From: Nanobdellota archaeon
Lineage (GTDB): Archaea > Nanobdellota > Nanobdellia > Pacearchaeales > GW2011-AR1
DNA: 64,000 bases
Reading direction: 5' to 3'
Assembly (NCBI GenBank): GCA_020430505.1
Contig: JAGQJT010000004.1
Span: forward strand, 576-64,575
In this document: piece after piece, positions 25,166 through 36,079 of the stretch
Numbering within the stretch: position 1 is the stretch's first letter
How the letters are laid out: the number at the start of each line of letters is the position of its first letter
Position numbers and translations under genes: made by a program
Notes under the pieces: generated by a model
What the model saw: the letters and a program-made list of their open reading frames with translations, nothing else
Databases searched by the model: none
What the model was told of the DNA's origin: nothing

Positions 25166-26149
25166 ATGAATCCTTTACTTTTTACCACAATGCTAATTAG
25201 TTTCTTAGCAACTTTTAGCATAATCCCTTTTTGGATAAAAAAGGCAAAACAGATAGGGTTGGTTTGGACAGATATGAATAAATATAAGAAAAAGGATAAA
25301 GTTCCAGGCTCTGGAGGAATTGCCGTAGTTGTTGGGACAGTAATAGGAATTTTCATATATATTGCACTCGGAACATTCTATTTCAAATTTATAGATAACA
25401 CTGTTGAAATTCTAGCCATAATAAGTTCGCTTTTTTTAATAACTGGAGTAGGATTGATTGATGACTTGTTTGGTTGGAGAAAAGGAGGATTATCCCGGAG
25501 ATCGAGGATTGTTCTAGTGTTATTTTCTTCAGTCCCATTAATAGTTATCAATGCCGGAGAATCAACAATGTTGGGGATAAATCTAGGAATTTTCTACCCT
25601 TTGGTGTTTGTTCCACTTGGGTTTCTAGGAGCAAGTACTACGTTCAATTTTTTGGCAGGATTTAATGGGCTGGAAGCTAGCCAAGGAATATTGCTTCTTG
25701 GGGGACTAACGGTAGTAACATATTTGACTGGAAATGCCTGGTTGAGTTTGATAGCTTTATGCATGGTGGCCTCACTAATTGCATTTTATATTTTTAACAA
25801 ATATCCTGCAAAAGTTTTTCCGGGAGATGTAATGACATACGCAGTAGGAGCTATGATTGCAATAATTGCTATAATGGGAAACATAGAAAAGATTGCAATA
25901 TTCTTTTTTATCCCATATTTTTTAGAGATAATCTTAAAGATTAGAGGAAAATTGAACATCCATAACTTTGGAGTTCCAAACAAAGAAGGAGGATTAGATT
26001 TGAGATATGAAAAAATATACAGTCTAACACATTTATCCTTGAAAATACTTAAAAAATTCAAAAAAAATGTTAAAGAGAGGGAAGTAGTGCTTTTAATAAA
26101 TGCATTTCAGATATGGGTGATGCTAATTGGATTATTAATCTTTTTATAA
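25166..26149 (+). CDS. glycosyltransferase family 4 (MraY/WecA/AglH-type) dolichyl-phosphate HexNAc-1-phosphate transferase
   Basis: About 10 TM; GLIDDLFGWR, NFLAGFNGLE, VFPGDVMTY. Confidence 0.8.
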   Translation: MNPLLFTTMLISFLATFSIIPFWIKKAKQIGLVWTDMNKYKKKDKVPGSGGIAVVVGTVIGIFIYIALGTFYFKFIDNTVEILAIISSLFLITGVGLIDDLFGWRKGGLSRRSRIVLVLFSSVPLIVINAGESTMLGINLGIFYPLVFVPLGFLGASTTFNFLAGFNGLEASQGILLLGGLTVVTYLTGNAWLSLIALCMVASLIAFYIFNKYPAKVFPGDVMTYAVGAMIAIIAIMGNIEKIAIFFFIPYFLEIILKIRGKLNIHNFGVPNKEGGLDLRYEKIYSLTHLSLKILKKFKKNVKEREVVLLINAFQIWVMLIGLLIFL

Positions 26150-26154
26150 CTAAG

Positions 26155-26162
26155 TTTTTAAA
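26155..26162 (+). promoter_or_regulatory. TATA-like box (tttttaaa), 21 nt before the aglB ATG
   Basis: Spacing rule. Confidence 0.4.
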
Positions 26163-26183
26163 TGGATTTCACTGAATAGAATA

Positions 26184-28826
26184 ATGGAAAAAAGAGAATT
26201 AAATAAATATTCTAAAGAGATAGTAAAATTTTTATCCAACAAAAAAGTTCAGAATATAATTCTTATAATCTTACTGTTGGGGGTTTTGGTTTTTGGGACT
26301 TGGATGAGAGTGCAAAATTTACCTCTCTTAAAAGATTCCACAACAGAAGAGTATATCCCGCTAGCATTAGACCCTTTTTATTTTCTAAGAGTTGCTGAAA
26401 CAATTGTGGATAATGGAGGCACGCTTCCAGAGTTTGATAATATGCGTTCTCCAGGATTTGAGGTTCCTTGGCACCATGAGATTTTGCCAAAAACAGTTGT
26501 TTTGACCCAAAAAATTGTAAAAATATTTAATCCCGGATTTGATCTTCGATTAGCAGATGTTTTGAATCCTGTAATCTTTTTTGTTTTAGGAATTGTAGCC
26601 TTTTTCTTGCTTGTATTTTTGTTAACAAAAAATAAATGGCTTGCCTTGCTCAGCGCGTTATTATTGACAGTAAGTCCAGCCTATCTCTATAGGACACTTG
26701 CCGGATTTTCAGATCACGAATCAATAGGAATGTTTGCATTTTTTCTTGCATTCTTAGTTTTCTCTATTGGAGTTTTAAAATTTAAGAAAGATTTATTTAA
26801 AGGAGCTTTAATGGGGGCTGCTTCTGGTTTTGCAACAGCCCTTTCAATATTAAGCTGGACAGGAATTGCAAAATTTTTGTTTATGATTTTCCCATTAACA
26901 TTCTTAATAATATGGTTATTAAACAAAAATAAAAAGAGAGAAATAAACGAGATTCTCTTTTATGGTTTTTGGATCATCTTCACATTTATAGGATGTGCAT
27001 TGTTAAACTATTCTTTCAAAAACACTCTTGGATTAATGCTTAGCTCTACGGGAATTTTAACATTATTCACCCTCCTATTTATAATAATTGATTTCATATT
27101 ACCAAAATATGTTAGAAAAGTTTCAAAGTACTCTAGAAGAAAAAGAATTCTTGCAAGTTTAATAGGAACGATTGTTATAGGAACAATTTTTTACCAAATT
27201 CTTTTTGGAAGCATTTTTGATTTAATCTCAAAAGTTTTTAGTACTCTTTTACACCCTTTTGGAGAAAGTAGATTGGGACTGACTGTTGCCGAAAATAGGC
27301 AACCCTACTTAACAGAGTGGATCTCTCAAACAGGGAAATTTGTATTTTGGACATTTTTCATAGGGTGCTTACTTGTTGGAGAGAGAATTTCTAGAGGGAT
27401 AAAAATAAAAAAAATAAGAAGAATTTTTTTATTTTCTTGGGCAATTTTCATTTCAGGAATACTCTTCTCAAGAATATCTGAAGGAGCATTATTAAATGGG
27501 AGCAATTTCATAAGCAAATTTATTTTCTTTGTCCCTGCAATAATTTTCATGGTAGTTTGCTTATGGACTTATTTAAAATCCGATTTAAGCATAAGTTCAA
27601 AATGGATAATTATTGCTAGCTGGATGATTCCGATGTTAATTGCAGTTAGAGGAGCAACAAGACTATTCTTTTCAATCGTGCCTTTTGTTTCATTCATCTC
27701 AATTTGGTTCATTTTTGAAACATATAAAATGGCCAAAAAACCATCTAAAGATGAACTAAGAAAGGTAATTACATATATTGTAACAATCGCATTGATAATC
27801 CTATTATTTTTCACTTTACTGCAATTTACAAAAACAACAATCTCTCAAGCAAAATCACAATCTCCTTCCGCAAGTGACCAATGGCAGAAATCAATGAAAT
27901 GGGTTAGAGAAAATACTCCTCAAGGATCTTTATTTGCTCACTGGTGGGATTATGGTTATTGGGTACAAACACTTGGAGAAAGACCCACAATTGCAGATGG
28001 GGGGCAAGTGCAAGCAATCCATAATGGGAATTATAATCTTGCGAGGTACGTTCTAACCACACCACGCCCAGAAACTGCAAAAAGCTACTTCAAAACAATG
28101 AATATCTCCTATTTCTTAATTGATCCTACAGATGTGGGCAAATATTCTGCATATAGTTCAATTGGCAGTGATGATACTGGAATAGATAGGTATTCTTGGT
28201 TAATAACAATGATATCAGATCCAAACCAGATACAAGAAACAAAAGATTCAATCATTAGAGTTTATCAAGGAGGAATTCCTTTAGATGAAGATGTTTATTA
28301 CAATGAAAATGGAACGGAAATATTTTTGCCAAGACAAAAAGCTGCAATTGGAGGAGTTGTCTTAGAAATCACCGGAGAAGGCTTTAACCAGCCAACAGGG
28401 GTTTACATCTACAACGGGCAACAACATTCAATTCCTTTAAGATACTTGTATGCAAACGGAAAACTTATTGATTTTGGAAATGGGGTAAACTCTACTTTCT
28501 ATGTCTACTCTAGATTGTATCAATCTTCTCAAGGTTTATCTGTAGATCAAAATGGAGCAGGGATATACCTATCAGAAAAAACAAAAGATAGTTTCCTGGC
28601 AAAGATTTATTTAATGAACGATCCAGAAAATGAATACCCTGAATTGGAATTAGCACATTCACAAGGATACTATGACTTTAATTTTTATTATAATGGATTC
28701 CAAGGACCTATAAGAATATATGAAATACACACAGATGAGATGACAAACATAAACAATGTAGAAGACTTTAAACTTCCTCTTGGAGAAACACCTTACTTAG
28801 ACAACGCGACATTTATTAATTTTTAA
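26184..28826 (+). CDS. aglB: archaeal oligosaccharyltransferase AglB (STT3 family)
   Basis: 880 aa. Multi-TM N-terminal half. WWDYGYW motif at HWWDYGYWVQTLGERPTIADGG. Confidence 0.9.
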   Translation: MEKRELNKYSKEIVKFLSNKKVQNIILIILLLGVLVFGTWMRVQNLPLLKDSTTEEYIPLALDPFYFLRVAETIVDNGGTLPEFDNMRSPGFEVPWHHEILPKTVVLTQKIVKIFNPGFDLRLADVLNPVIFFVLGIVAFFLLVFLLTKNKWLALLSALLLTVSPAYLYRTLAGFSDHESIGMFAFFLAFLVFSIGVLKFKKDLFKGALMGAASGFATALSILSWTGIAKFLFMIFPLTFLIIWLLNKNKKREINEILFYGFWIIFTFIGCALLNYSFKNTLGLMLSSTGILTLFTLLFIIIDFILPKYVRKVSKYSRRKRILASLIGTIVIGTIFYQILFGSIFDLISKVFSTLLHPFGESRLGLTVAENRQPYLTEWISQTGKFVFWTFFIGCLLVGERISRGIKIKKIRRIFLFSWAIFISGILFSRISEGALLNGSNFISKFIFFVPAIIFMVVCLWTYLKSDLSISSKWIIIASWMIPMLIAVRGATRLFFSIVPFVSFISIWFIFETYKMAKKPSKDELRKVITYIVTIALIILLFFTLLQFTKTTISQAKSQSPSASDQWQKSMKWVRENTPQGSLFAHWWDYGYWVQTLGERPTIADGGQVQAIHNGNYNLARYVLTTPRPETAKSYFKTMNISYFLIDPTDVGKYSAYSSIGSDDTGIDRYSWLITMISDPNQIQETKDSIIRVYQGGIPLDEDVYYNENGTEIFLPRQKAAIGGVVLEITGEGFNQPTGVYIYNGQQHSIPLRYLYANGKLIDFGNGVNSTFYVYSRLYQSSQGLSVDQNGAGIYLSEKTKDSFLAKIYLMNDPENEYPELELAHSQGYYDFNFYYNGFQGPIRIYEIHTDEMTNINNVEDFKLPLGETPYLDNATFINF

Positions 28827-30024
28827 TTGCTTCCATGTAGATTTTTTTCAATTGAGCATTTCTTTTTTCTAGGCTAAACATTTTTTTCCAATGATTTAAA
28901 GAAGATTTACCCATTTTTTTTCTAAGAGATTTATTATTTATTAACAAATCTAGTTTTTCCTCAAAATCTTTCAACATCCTTTTATCCATACAAACATAGT
29001 TTTCATATTTCCAAAAATTATTTGGGAGATTTATTAGAAAACCATTTTCACCTTCAATGACTTGTTCATTTTTTGCAAAAGTATTTGAAGTAATAACAGG
29101 AATACCATAACTTAGAATCTCTGGAGTTGCAAATCCATAAGAATCTCCAAATCCAGGATAGAAAAAGATATCTGTCTTGGGATAAATCTCATTAAGAAGT
29201 ATCTCTTGAGACATTAACTCTTTCAAAACAAGATTTTTATTTTTAGAATATTTTTCTTTTATTTCTTTTGGAATTGGGCATATAAACATGAATTCAACAG
29301 AAGGATATTTTTTAGAAAACTTATCAAAGATATGAAGAGTTTGCAAACCTCCTTTTGCATTAAACCATCTTGCAACAAAAAGCACCCTCAATTTTTTATG
29401 TTTTATTTTTTTTATTTTGGGTTCCGGAAGTGCAAAATGTAAAAGCTCAATTTTGTCCAAGATTTTTTTATTTTTTGGGAAGGCTTTTTCAAAAGAGCTT
29501 CTGCAATCCTCAGACCAACAGATTATTTTTTTGCAGTAACTACTTTCCAACCTATTTTTTATAATTCTTTTTCCAAATTTAGAAAAAGCAATGCTTCCTG
29601 TGGCGGCAATTCGATCATAAGTTTCTGTATCAACAATCCAAGGTTTTCTATTAAGGCTCAAACAGTGGGCACAATGTATTAAATCACACGAAAGATTTTT
29701 TGAATAAGTCAGATTTGGCAATTGCAAAAATCCAAGTATTTTTCTTAAAACATTTTTGAATTTCCTCATTCTTTCAAATTTTTTTGAAGACCCAATTATT
29801 TCAAATTTGTCTTTATCCTTTTTTTTTGAATAATTAACAAATTCTATTCCTTCTGGAGGAAAATCGAGGATATTTTTATAGTAAGAGCTATCGGGAAATT
29901 TCCAAGGATATTGCAAAAAAACTCTCATATTCCAGGGAGTATCTTTTAATTTATAAAATAATGTGTTTAGGATAACAATATTAATAAATGAGTTAATTTT
30001 TAAGATTAAATGCTTAAAGATCAA
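28816..30024 (-). CDS. glycosyltransferase (GT-B fold, GT1/GT4-like)
   Basis: C-terminal half: YPGFGDSYGFATPEILSYGIPVITS...EGENGFL (EX7E-like). Confidence 0.7.
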   Translation of the reverse strand: MIFKHLILKINSFINIVILNTLFYKLKDTPWNMRVFLQYPWKFPDSSYYKNILDFPPEGIEFVNYSKKKDKDKFEIIGSSKKFERMRKFKNVLRKILGFLQLPNLTYSKNLSCDLIHCAHCLSLNRKPWIVDTETYDRIAATGSIAFSKFGKRIIKNRLESSYCKKIICWSEDCRSSFEKAFPKNKKILDKIELLHFALPEPKIKKIKHKKLRVLFVARWFNAKGGLQTLHIFDKFSKKYPSVEFMFICPIPKEIKEKYSKNKNLVLKELMSQEILLNEIYPKTDIFFYPGFGDSYGFATPEILSYGIPVITSNTFAKNEQVIEGENGFLINLPNNFWKYENYVCMDKRMLKDFEEKLDLLINNKSLRKKMGKSSLNHWKKMFSLEKRNAQLKKIYMEAIKN

Positions 30025-31173
30025 GTAGACTGTGTGTATGTTGTAGCATCAAAAATTGGGAGTATTGGTATGGGAACTACATCATTACATGCTCTAAAAG
30101 GGATAGAAAATTCAAAAGCGTCATACCAAGTTTTTTGTAGAGGCTTTAAAAGCCCCATAAAAATTCATCCAAAAAAACTTCATTCCTATCTTTATCTGGA
30201 ATATCTTTCATACCCTTTGAGATTCTTAGAGAAAAAATTAGGGTTAAAGATAAACCCATTTAAACAAATCAACAAAATTTTTGGAAAGTTGGTTAAGAGT
30301 AATCTCCCAAAAACAAAAACATATCATACTTGGATGGGAATAGCTCCAGAAGCAATTTTAAAAGCAAAAAAAGAGGGGGCTAAGCTAATTTTAGAAGGTC
30401 ACAACAGTCATCCTCTGAACTCAATAGAAATTATGAATAAAGAGTATTCTAAACTTGGAATGACAGAGTACAAGATATCTCCAAAAACTTTGGAAGAGGA
30501 ATCAAGAATAATAAATTTATTTGACTATGTTCTATGCCCTTCAGATTTTGTCTATGATTCGTTTCTTAAAAGAGGATTTAAAAAATCGCAGCTTATCAAG
30601 ATTCCCTATGGAGTAGACACTTCTGAGTTTACCCCCCTTAAAAACAAAAATAAAGATTCAAAAATAAAATTTATTTTTGTTGGATCTGTGCAAATACGAA
30701 AAGGAATCCATCACCTACTTCAAGCATGGGAAGAATTAAATTTAAAAAATGCCGAATTAATTATTTGCGGAAGAGTTTGGCAAGATTCTCTAGAAATTGT
30801 ATCAAAGTACAAACAAAATAAAAGCATAAAATTTCTAAGCTTTGTTAACCCAAAGGAGTATCTTCAAAAATCAGATGTTTTTGTTTCTCCTTCTTTAGAA
30901 GAAGGCTCTGCGCTCACTTGTTATGAAGCTATGGCATGTGGAATACCTCTAATAACCACTTTTAACACAGGCTCAATTGCAAGAGATAAAAAAGATTGCT
31001 TGATCGTAGAGGCTGGAAATGTGGAAGATTTAAAAAAGAAGATAAACTATTTTTATAAGAATCCGGAAAAAATAGAATCTATGGGAAAATCTGCAAGAAA
31101 ATTTGTGGAAGATTTCACTTGGAAAGATTATCATAGAAGATTGGGGGAATTTTATAAAAAAATATTAAAATGA
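30010..31173 (+). CDS. glycosyltransferase family 4 (GT-B)
   Basis: FIFVGSVQIRKGIHHL..., SPSLEEGSALTCYEAMACGIPLITT. Confidence 0.8.
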   Translation: MLKDQVDCVYVVASKIGSIGMGTTSLHALKGIENSKASYQVFCRGFKSPIKIHPKKLHSYLYLEYLSYPLRFLEKKLGLKINPFKQINKIFGKLVKSNLPKTKTYHTWMGIAPEAILKAKKEGAKLILEGHNSHPLNSIEIMNKEYSKLGMTEYKISPKTLEEESRIINLFDYVLCPSDFVYDSFLKRGFKKSQLIKIPYGVDTSEFTPLKNKNKDSKIKFIFVGSVQIRKGIHHLLQAWEELNLKNAELIICGRVWQDSLEIVSKYKQNKSIKFLSFVNPKEYLQKSDVFVSPSLEEGSALTCYEAMACGIPLITTFNTGSIARDKKDCLIVEAGNVEDLKKKINYFYKNPEKIESMGKSARKFVEDFTWKDYHRRLGEFYKKILK

Positions 31174-31286
31174 AAATTGATTTAAAAAAAATTGAAAACT
31201 TGAAAGGTGAAGCAAAAAAGAAGCTTTTGGAATTGAGGGATTTTGAAGGATATAATGTCCTACTAAGAAATAAAAAATCTTTTTAA
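31170..31286 (+). CDS. possible 38-aa coupling ORF between two glycosyltransferase genes
   Basis: My translation gives MKIDLKKIENLKGEAKKKLLELRDFEGYNVLLRNKKSF*. ATGA overlap with the upstream stop. Ends 2 nt before the next ATG. Confidence 0.25.
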   Translation: MKIDLKKIENLKGEAKKKLLELRDFEGYNVLLRNKKSF

Positions 31287-31288
31287 AG

Positions 31289-32317
31289 ATGGGTGAAAAA
31301 AAAATTTTTCTAAATAAGGTATCTGAAAATGATGCAAAAAAATTCTTTCCTATAAATTTCCTATTAAAAAACTTCAAAGTAAAGATTGCTAGAAAAAAAG
31401 AAGATGCAGAGATAATTGTTGGCCCTGCAGAAAGATTTTTACATAGAGATTATTTGAATTTAGATAAAAAAAATTTAATTATCTCTGGAGAAAATTTATT
31501 TTTTAAGAGAAATCTCTTAAGTCTTTTTGAATCTCTTTTTTCCAGATTTTTCAAAGAGAAAAAATATAAACTTATCGATTTAATAAATAACTTGTTTCCA
31601 AAGAAAATCTCTTCCATTGAATTCTCATACTTTTTAGGAGGATATGTAAAATTATTAAAAAAAGTCTCAAAAGGAGAGATTAAAAATGTTTTCTTTGTTT
31701 TATCTAATAAAAACCTCCATAAAAGATCAATTTCATTTCCCCTTTTTCTTCAATTTTTTTTTCCAAAGATAAAGCTCTTAATTAAAAAAAAGATTCCTTC
31801 CGAAAAAGAGTTATCAAAAAAGAAATTTTGTGCTTTTGTCGTCTCTAGCAATTCCTCTAGAGAGAGAATTGACTTTTTCAAAAAACTTTCAAAGTACAAA
31901 AAAGTAGATTCTTATGGAAAAGTAGAAAATAATATGGGAGATTTAATCCAAAAAACAGATTGGAAAGGAAATATAGATTTATTTAAAAAATATAAATTTG
32001 TGATATGTTTTGAAAATAGCTTTGAAGAAGATTATATTACAGAAAAGCTTCCCAATGTAATGTTTTCTTGTGCGATTCCAATATATCGAGGCGCTCAAAA
32101 CATAGGAGAATATTTTAACGAAGAATCTTTTATAGGCTATGAAAAATATAAAAATTACGAAAAAATGATTAAAAAAATCATTGAGCTAGACAAAAATCCT
32201 AAAAAATACATCTCATTTTTAAAAACCCCTTGGTTTAAAAATAACAAAATTCCAGAGAAGATAATAAATAAAAAGAAGGAACTCTTTAAATTTTACGAAG
32301 AGATATTTTCAAAATGA
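31289..32317 (+). CDS. glycosyltransferase family 10 (alpha-1,3/4-fucosyltransferase-like)
   Basis: KKFCAFVVSSNSSRERIDFFKKLSKYKKVDSYGK...YKFVICFENSFEEDYITEKL matches the GT10 FucT motifs. Confidence 0.7.
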   Translation: MGEKKIFLNKVSENDAKKFFPINFLLKNFKVKIARKKEDAEIIVGPAERFLHRDYLNLDKKNLIISGENLFFKRNLLSLFESLFSRFFKEKKYKLIDLINNLFPKKISSIEFSYFLGGYVKLLKKVSKGEIKNVFFVLSNKNLHKRSISFPLFLQFFFPKIKLLIKKKIPSEKELSKKKFCAFVVSSNSSRERIDFFKKLSKYKKVDSYGKVENNMGDLIQKTDWKGNIDLFKKYKFVICFENSFEEDYITEKLPNVMFSCAIPIYRGAQNIGEYFNEESFIGYEKYKNYEKMIKKIIELDKNPKKYISFLKTPWFKNNKIPEKIINKKKELFKFYEEIFSK

Positions 32318-33222
32318 AAAGTGAGATAAATTTATCTATAAAAACCCCTGTTTTATTTTTAGTTTTTAACAGATTAGATACAACAAAAAAAGTTTTTGAA
32401 GAGATAAAAAAAGCGAGGCCAAGAGTATTATTCATAGCAGCAGATGGCCCCAGAAACGAAAGTGAGCGAAAGAAAACAGATCAAGTTAGAGACTATATTC
32501 TAAAAAATGTCGATTGGAATTGTAGATTAAAAACACTTTTTAGAGAGAGGAATCTTGGATGCAAAATTGCTGTCTCTAGTGCAATTGACTGGTTTTTTAA
32601 TAATGTTGAAAGGGGGATAATTTTAGAAGATGATTGTCTTCCACAACAGAGTTTCTTCAAATATTGTGAAGAAATTCTGGAGAAATTTAAAGATAATGAA
32701 AAAATTATGCATATTGCTGGTACAAATGTTGAAGGAATATCTGAAATTCCGGAAAGCTACTTTTTTAGTAGGCACTTTAATGTTTGGGGCTGGGCTAGCT
32801 GGAAGAGAGCTTGGGAAAAATATGATGTAAATATAAAAATTTGGCCCAAAGTTAGAAAGGAGAGATTAATTAGAAAATATTCTAGAAACTATCTTGATTA
32901 TCTTGAAAATGTAAGAGGTTTGAATAATTTATACAAAGGAAAACTAGACACTTGGGATTATCAATGGGCTTTCACATGCATAATAAATAATGGATTTGCA
33001 GTCCATCCAAGAAAAAACCAAATAACAAATATTGGTTTCACGGAACAAGGAACGCATACAAACAAATCAGATAAGAGAAAAATACTAAAAAGTTATCCTT
33101 TAGAATTTCCTTTGGAAGACAACTCTTTGATTAATAATTCAAAAAGATATGAAGAATATGCCGCAAAATTCTTTCACCAAGGAAGAATTTTAAAAAAAAT
33201 AAAAAAAATCTTAAGAATCTAG
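32314..33222 (+). CDS. GT-A fold nucleotide-diphospho-sugar transferase
   Basis: PVLFLVFNRLDTTKKVFE...AADGPRN...ILEDDCLP (DxD-like EDD). Confidence 0.55.
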   Translation: MKSEINLSIKTPVLFLVFNRLDTTKKVFEEIKKARPRVLFIAADGPRNESERKKTDQVRDYILKNVDWNCRLKTLFRERNLGCKIAVSSAIDWFFNNVERGIILEDDCLPQQSFFKYCEEILEKFKDNEKIMHIAGTNVEGISEIPESYFFSRHFNVWGWASWKRAWEKYDVNIKIWPKVRKERLIRKYSRNYLDYLENVRGLNNLYKGKLDTWDYQWAFTCIINNGFAVHPRKNQITNIGFTEQGTHTNKSDKRKILKSYPLEFPLEDNSLINNSKRYEEYAAKFFHQGRILKKIKKILRI

Positions 33223-33256
33223 AAACCTATTTAAATGAGTTTAATTCTCTTTCTTT

Positions 33257-34063
33257 ATGAAAGTTTCGGGTTTAATTGCCAATTACAATGGAGGAAAAAA
33301 AGTAGTAAAATCTGTAAAATTATGTTTAGAGTATTGTGATGAGGTAATTTTTGTTGATGATAAAAGTAATGATGGTAGTTATGAAAAAGTAAAAAAAATA
33401 AAAAATGAAAAGTTAAAAATCTTTAGAAATAAAATAAATTCGGGAGCATCTTACTCGAGAAATATTTGTGCAAAAAAGGCCTCCTTTCAAAACCTTCTTT
33501 TTGTAGATAATGATTGCTATTTTGACAAAAAAAACTTCAAAAAGATTTTAGGGTTTAAAGAAGACATAATCTATCCAAGAATAATTGACACTACTCAAAA
33601 TATATATAATCACATTCCCGGAAGATACCTACAAAATTCAGTTTGCTTTTTTATTTCTAAAAAAAACTTCAAAAAAGTAAAGGGTTTTGACGAAAAGATA
33701 AGAATTTACATGGACGATGTAGATTTCTTTTTTAGATGTTGGAAAATGGGTCTTAAGATAAAATACATAGAAGACTCTAAAGGATTTCATGACTCTAAAA
33801 AGAGTAAAGAGACCATCTCCAATAATTTTTTTAAAAATTTGGAAAACACAGTTTATTTTTGTTTAAAACACAAAAGATTTGGGATTTCAAAAGAAGAATT
33901 CCCAAATACCTTAACCATATTAGCAAACTTAAGGAGATCTATTTTAAATAAGGACCGACTATATGGTATGGAGTTATCTGAGAAGAAAATAAATTCTTTT
34001 TTAAAGGCAATAAAATCTATTGTTAATGGTGCGAGATACTATCTTAAAACAAGGAACCAATAA
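33257..34063 (+). CDS. glycosyltransferase family 2
   Basis: VIFVDDKSNDGS...GASYSRNICA...FVDNDC. Confidence 0.8.
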   Translation: MKVSGLIANYNGGKKVVKSVKLCLEYCDEVIFVDDKSNDGSYEKVKKIKNEKLKIFRNKINSGASYSRNICAKKASFQNLLFVDNDCYFDKKNFKKILGFKEDIIYPRIIDTTQNIYNHIPGRYLQNSVCFFISKKNFKKVKGFDEKIRIYMDDVDFFFRCWKMGLKIKYIEDSKGFHDSKKSKETISNNFFKNLENTVYFCLKHKRFGISKEEFPNTLTILANLRRSILNKDRLYGMELSEKKINSFLKAIKSIVNGARYYLKTRNQ

Positions 34064-35141
34064 TTTTTAGCAAATTTTTTTGATAATTTCCCAATTCATA
34101 TTTTTCTAAAAACCTTTTTCTTGATTTCTCAGAAAAATTCTCTCTTGTTTCTCTTTTACTCAATTGTAAAATCTTCTCAGAAATTTCCTCTGGAGAATTT
34201 TTTTTAAGAACAAATCCTGTTTCATTGTCTGATATTATAGAAGGGATTGTGGCTATCCCGTTTGCAATTACGGGGATTCCAAACATCATGGACTCTATAA
34301 TAACAACCCCAAAAGTTTCAAAAGGGTATTCTGTTGGGAAAATGAATATATCTGATTGCTCAAAAATTTTACGTTTATCTTTTCCAGTTTTTTTCCCCAA
34401 ATAATTTACCCTTCTTCCCAAATTCTTTTCTTTTGCAGATTCATAGAATCTTTCTTTTTCCCATTTACTTGGAAATTCTCCTACAAAATTGCAAGTGAAA
34501 TCCAACTTTTTATTCAAAATTTCGCAAGCTTCAAGAAGTTTTGGCCATCCCTTGGATTCATTCATATTAGATAAAAAAAGCAAATTCAAATTAGGCCTCT
34601 TCTTTTTTTCTTCAATTAATTTTTTAAATTCTCTTTCGCTTATCTGATTTTTTATTGCATTTGGAAGAAAATTTATATCCTCCTTCTTAAAAAATTCTTC
34701 TACATCATCCAAGAGCTCCTTTCCAAGGATTATTGCTTTTTCTCCCTTGAACATTTTTTGATACATCAATTTGTTTTTACGCCCTTTGAAAAGTCTACTA
34801 TGGATGTGAAAAACAAAGGGGACGCCATATTTTTTAATTTTCTGTACAAAAAGGAAATCCCTTATTAGTCCAAACCCTTTTGTTGCAGGTGCAAAATAAA
34901 TGAAATCCGGACTAAACTCTTTAAACGAGTTAGAAATCTGTTTCATTACTTTAAAAAAACCCTTAAATTTAGAAAGGTTTATTTTTCCAACGTCATTCAT
35001 ACTCTTAGAATAATTTAATTTAATATTTCTTACTTGAAAATTTTTTGATTTTTGAAGAATCTCCAAACAGATTTCAGACATTATGGAAGCTCCATAATGT
35101 GGAGGAGGCAAAGTACTCAAAAAAAGTATTTTTTTAACCAT
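34044..35141 (-). CDS. glycosyltransferase family 4 (GT-B)
   Basis: FPTEYPFETFGVVIIESMMFGIPVIA...ETGFV. Confidence 0.75.
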   Translation of the reverse strand: MVKKILFLSTLPPPHYGASIMSEICLEILQKSKNFQVRNIKLNYSKSMNDVGKINLSKFKGFFKVMKQISNSFKEFSPDFIYFAPATKGFGLIRDFLFVQKIKKYGVPFVFHIHSRLFKGRKNKLMYQKMFKGEKAIILGKELLDDVEEFFKKEDINFLPNAIKNQISEREFKKLIEEKKKRPNLNLLFLSNMNESKGWPKLLEACEILNKKLDFTCNFVGEFPSKWEKERFYESAKEKNLGRRVNYLGKKTGKDKRKIFEQSDIFIFPTEYPFETFGVVIIESMMFGIPVIANGIATIPSIISDNETGFVLKKNSPEEISEKILQLSKRETRENFSEKSRKRFLEKYELGNYQKNLLKIIGSLF

Positions 35142-35179
35142 TTAAAAAAAAGCTTCAAAAACTATTTAAATAATTCGGC

Positions 35180-36079
35180 TTACTTAAACTCCACAGGATT
35201 ATAATACTTTTTTTTAAAATATTTATTTAAAAGAGGAGTTTTAAATAAAACTTTTTTTGCAAATCTTTTCAATTCTAAATACTTCTTTCCAAACAAATTT
35301 TGAAAATAATACTTTTTCAAGGTAAATTTTCTTAATAATAGGGGATTTCGATCATATTGGTGAATCACATTTATCACTGTTCCATCTTCATTCACAATTT
35401 TTCCCTTTGAACTTAATTTTATCCTCTTGTTCTCCAAATCCCCCAAAGTTAAAATTGGTCCCTGGAAGTTTAGAAATTTTTTTGAATTTGGAAATTTCCC
35501 AGAATAAAAAAATAAATTGTGTTGGCCCTGGTCCAATGCAATGCCCTTATTCATATTTTTTGACTGCAAATCAAGATATTTTAAAACTTCTTTAGAATCT
35601 CCCAAAGTTGTTCCAGCACAAGAGATAAGATTTTCTCCATATTTTTTGACTGCTTCTTTACCCCCCACTTTCAAAAAGACATATTTATTTATCTTGCAAT
35701 CATTTATTTTCTTACTTTCACAAAAATAATTTATTTTTGCGTATCCTTTATACTCAAAAGGATCGTTTTGAAAAACAATATCCCTTATATCACAAAGAAG
35801 AACTTTTTCATAAAGTCTGAGGTTCTTTTTTAAAAAAGTGTGAAAAAATTTGAAACGGTAGTGCATTAAACTTATTCCTTTTTCTTTAAAAGGTTTAGAA
35901 TTAAATCTCAGGAGAGTTACCCTCCATCTTTTTATTAGCCGGATTGTTTTAGGACTTAAGCTTTCGTAAAAAACAACAATATCTCCAGAATACCCGGAAT
36001 TTCTCAAAGTTCTGAAGAAAGGATCGACCTTCCTATAGGAGTAACTTTTTACGACCGTCAAAACTAAATTCTTTTTCAT
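35180..36079 (-). CDS. hypothetical protein of the glycan island
   Basis: 299 aa, no TM segment, coupled (ATGA-type overlap) to the upstream methyltransferase. No secure motif. Confidence 0.5.
   Translation of the reverse strand: MKKNLVLTVVKSYSYRKVDPFFRTLRNSGYSGDIVVFYESLSPKTIRLIKRWRVTLLRFNSKPFKEKGISLMHYRFKFFHTFLKKNLRLYEKVLLCDIRDIVFQNDPFEYKGYAKINYFCESKKINDCKINKYVFLKVGGKEAVKKYGENLISCAGTTLGDSKEVLKYLDLQSKNMNKGIALDQGQHNLFFYSGKFPNSKKFLNFQGPILTLGDLENKRIKLSSKGKIVNEDGTVINVIHQYDRNPLLLRKFTLKKYYFQNLFGKKYLELKRFAKKVLFKTPLLNKYFKKKYYNPVEFK

Noticed and set aside
28816-30024. The 15-nt overlap of the divergent starts of 28816..30024 (-) and 30010..31173 (+) as a regulatory oddity
   Set aside because: It is most likely an artefact of choosing the longest ORF. 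Internal Met codons (for example MGTTSLHALKG in the + gene) give non-overlapping starts.
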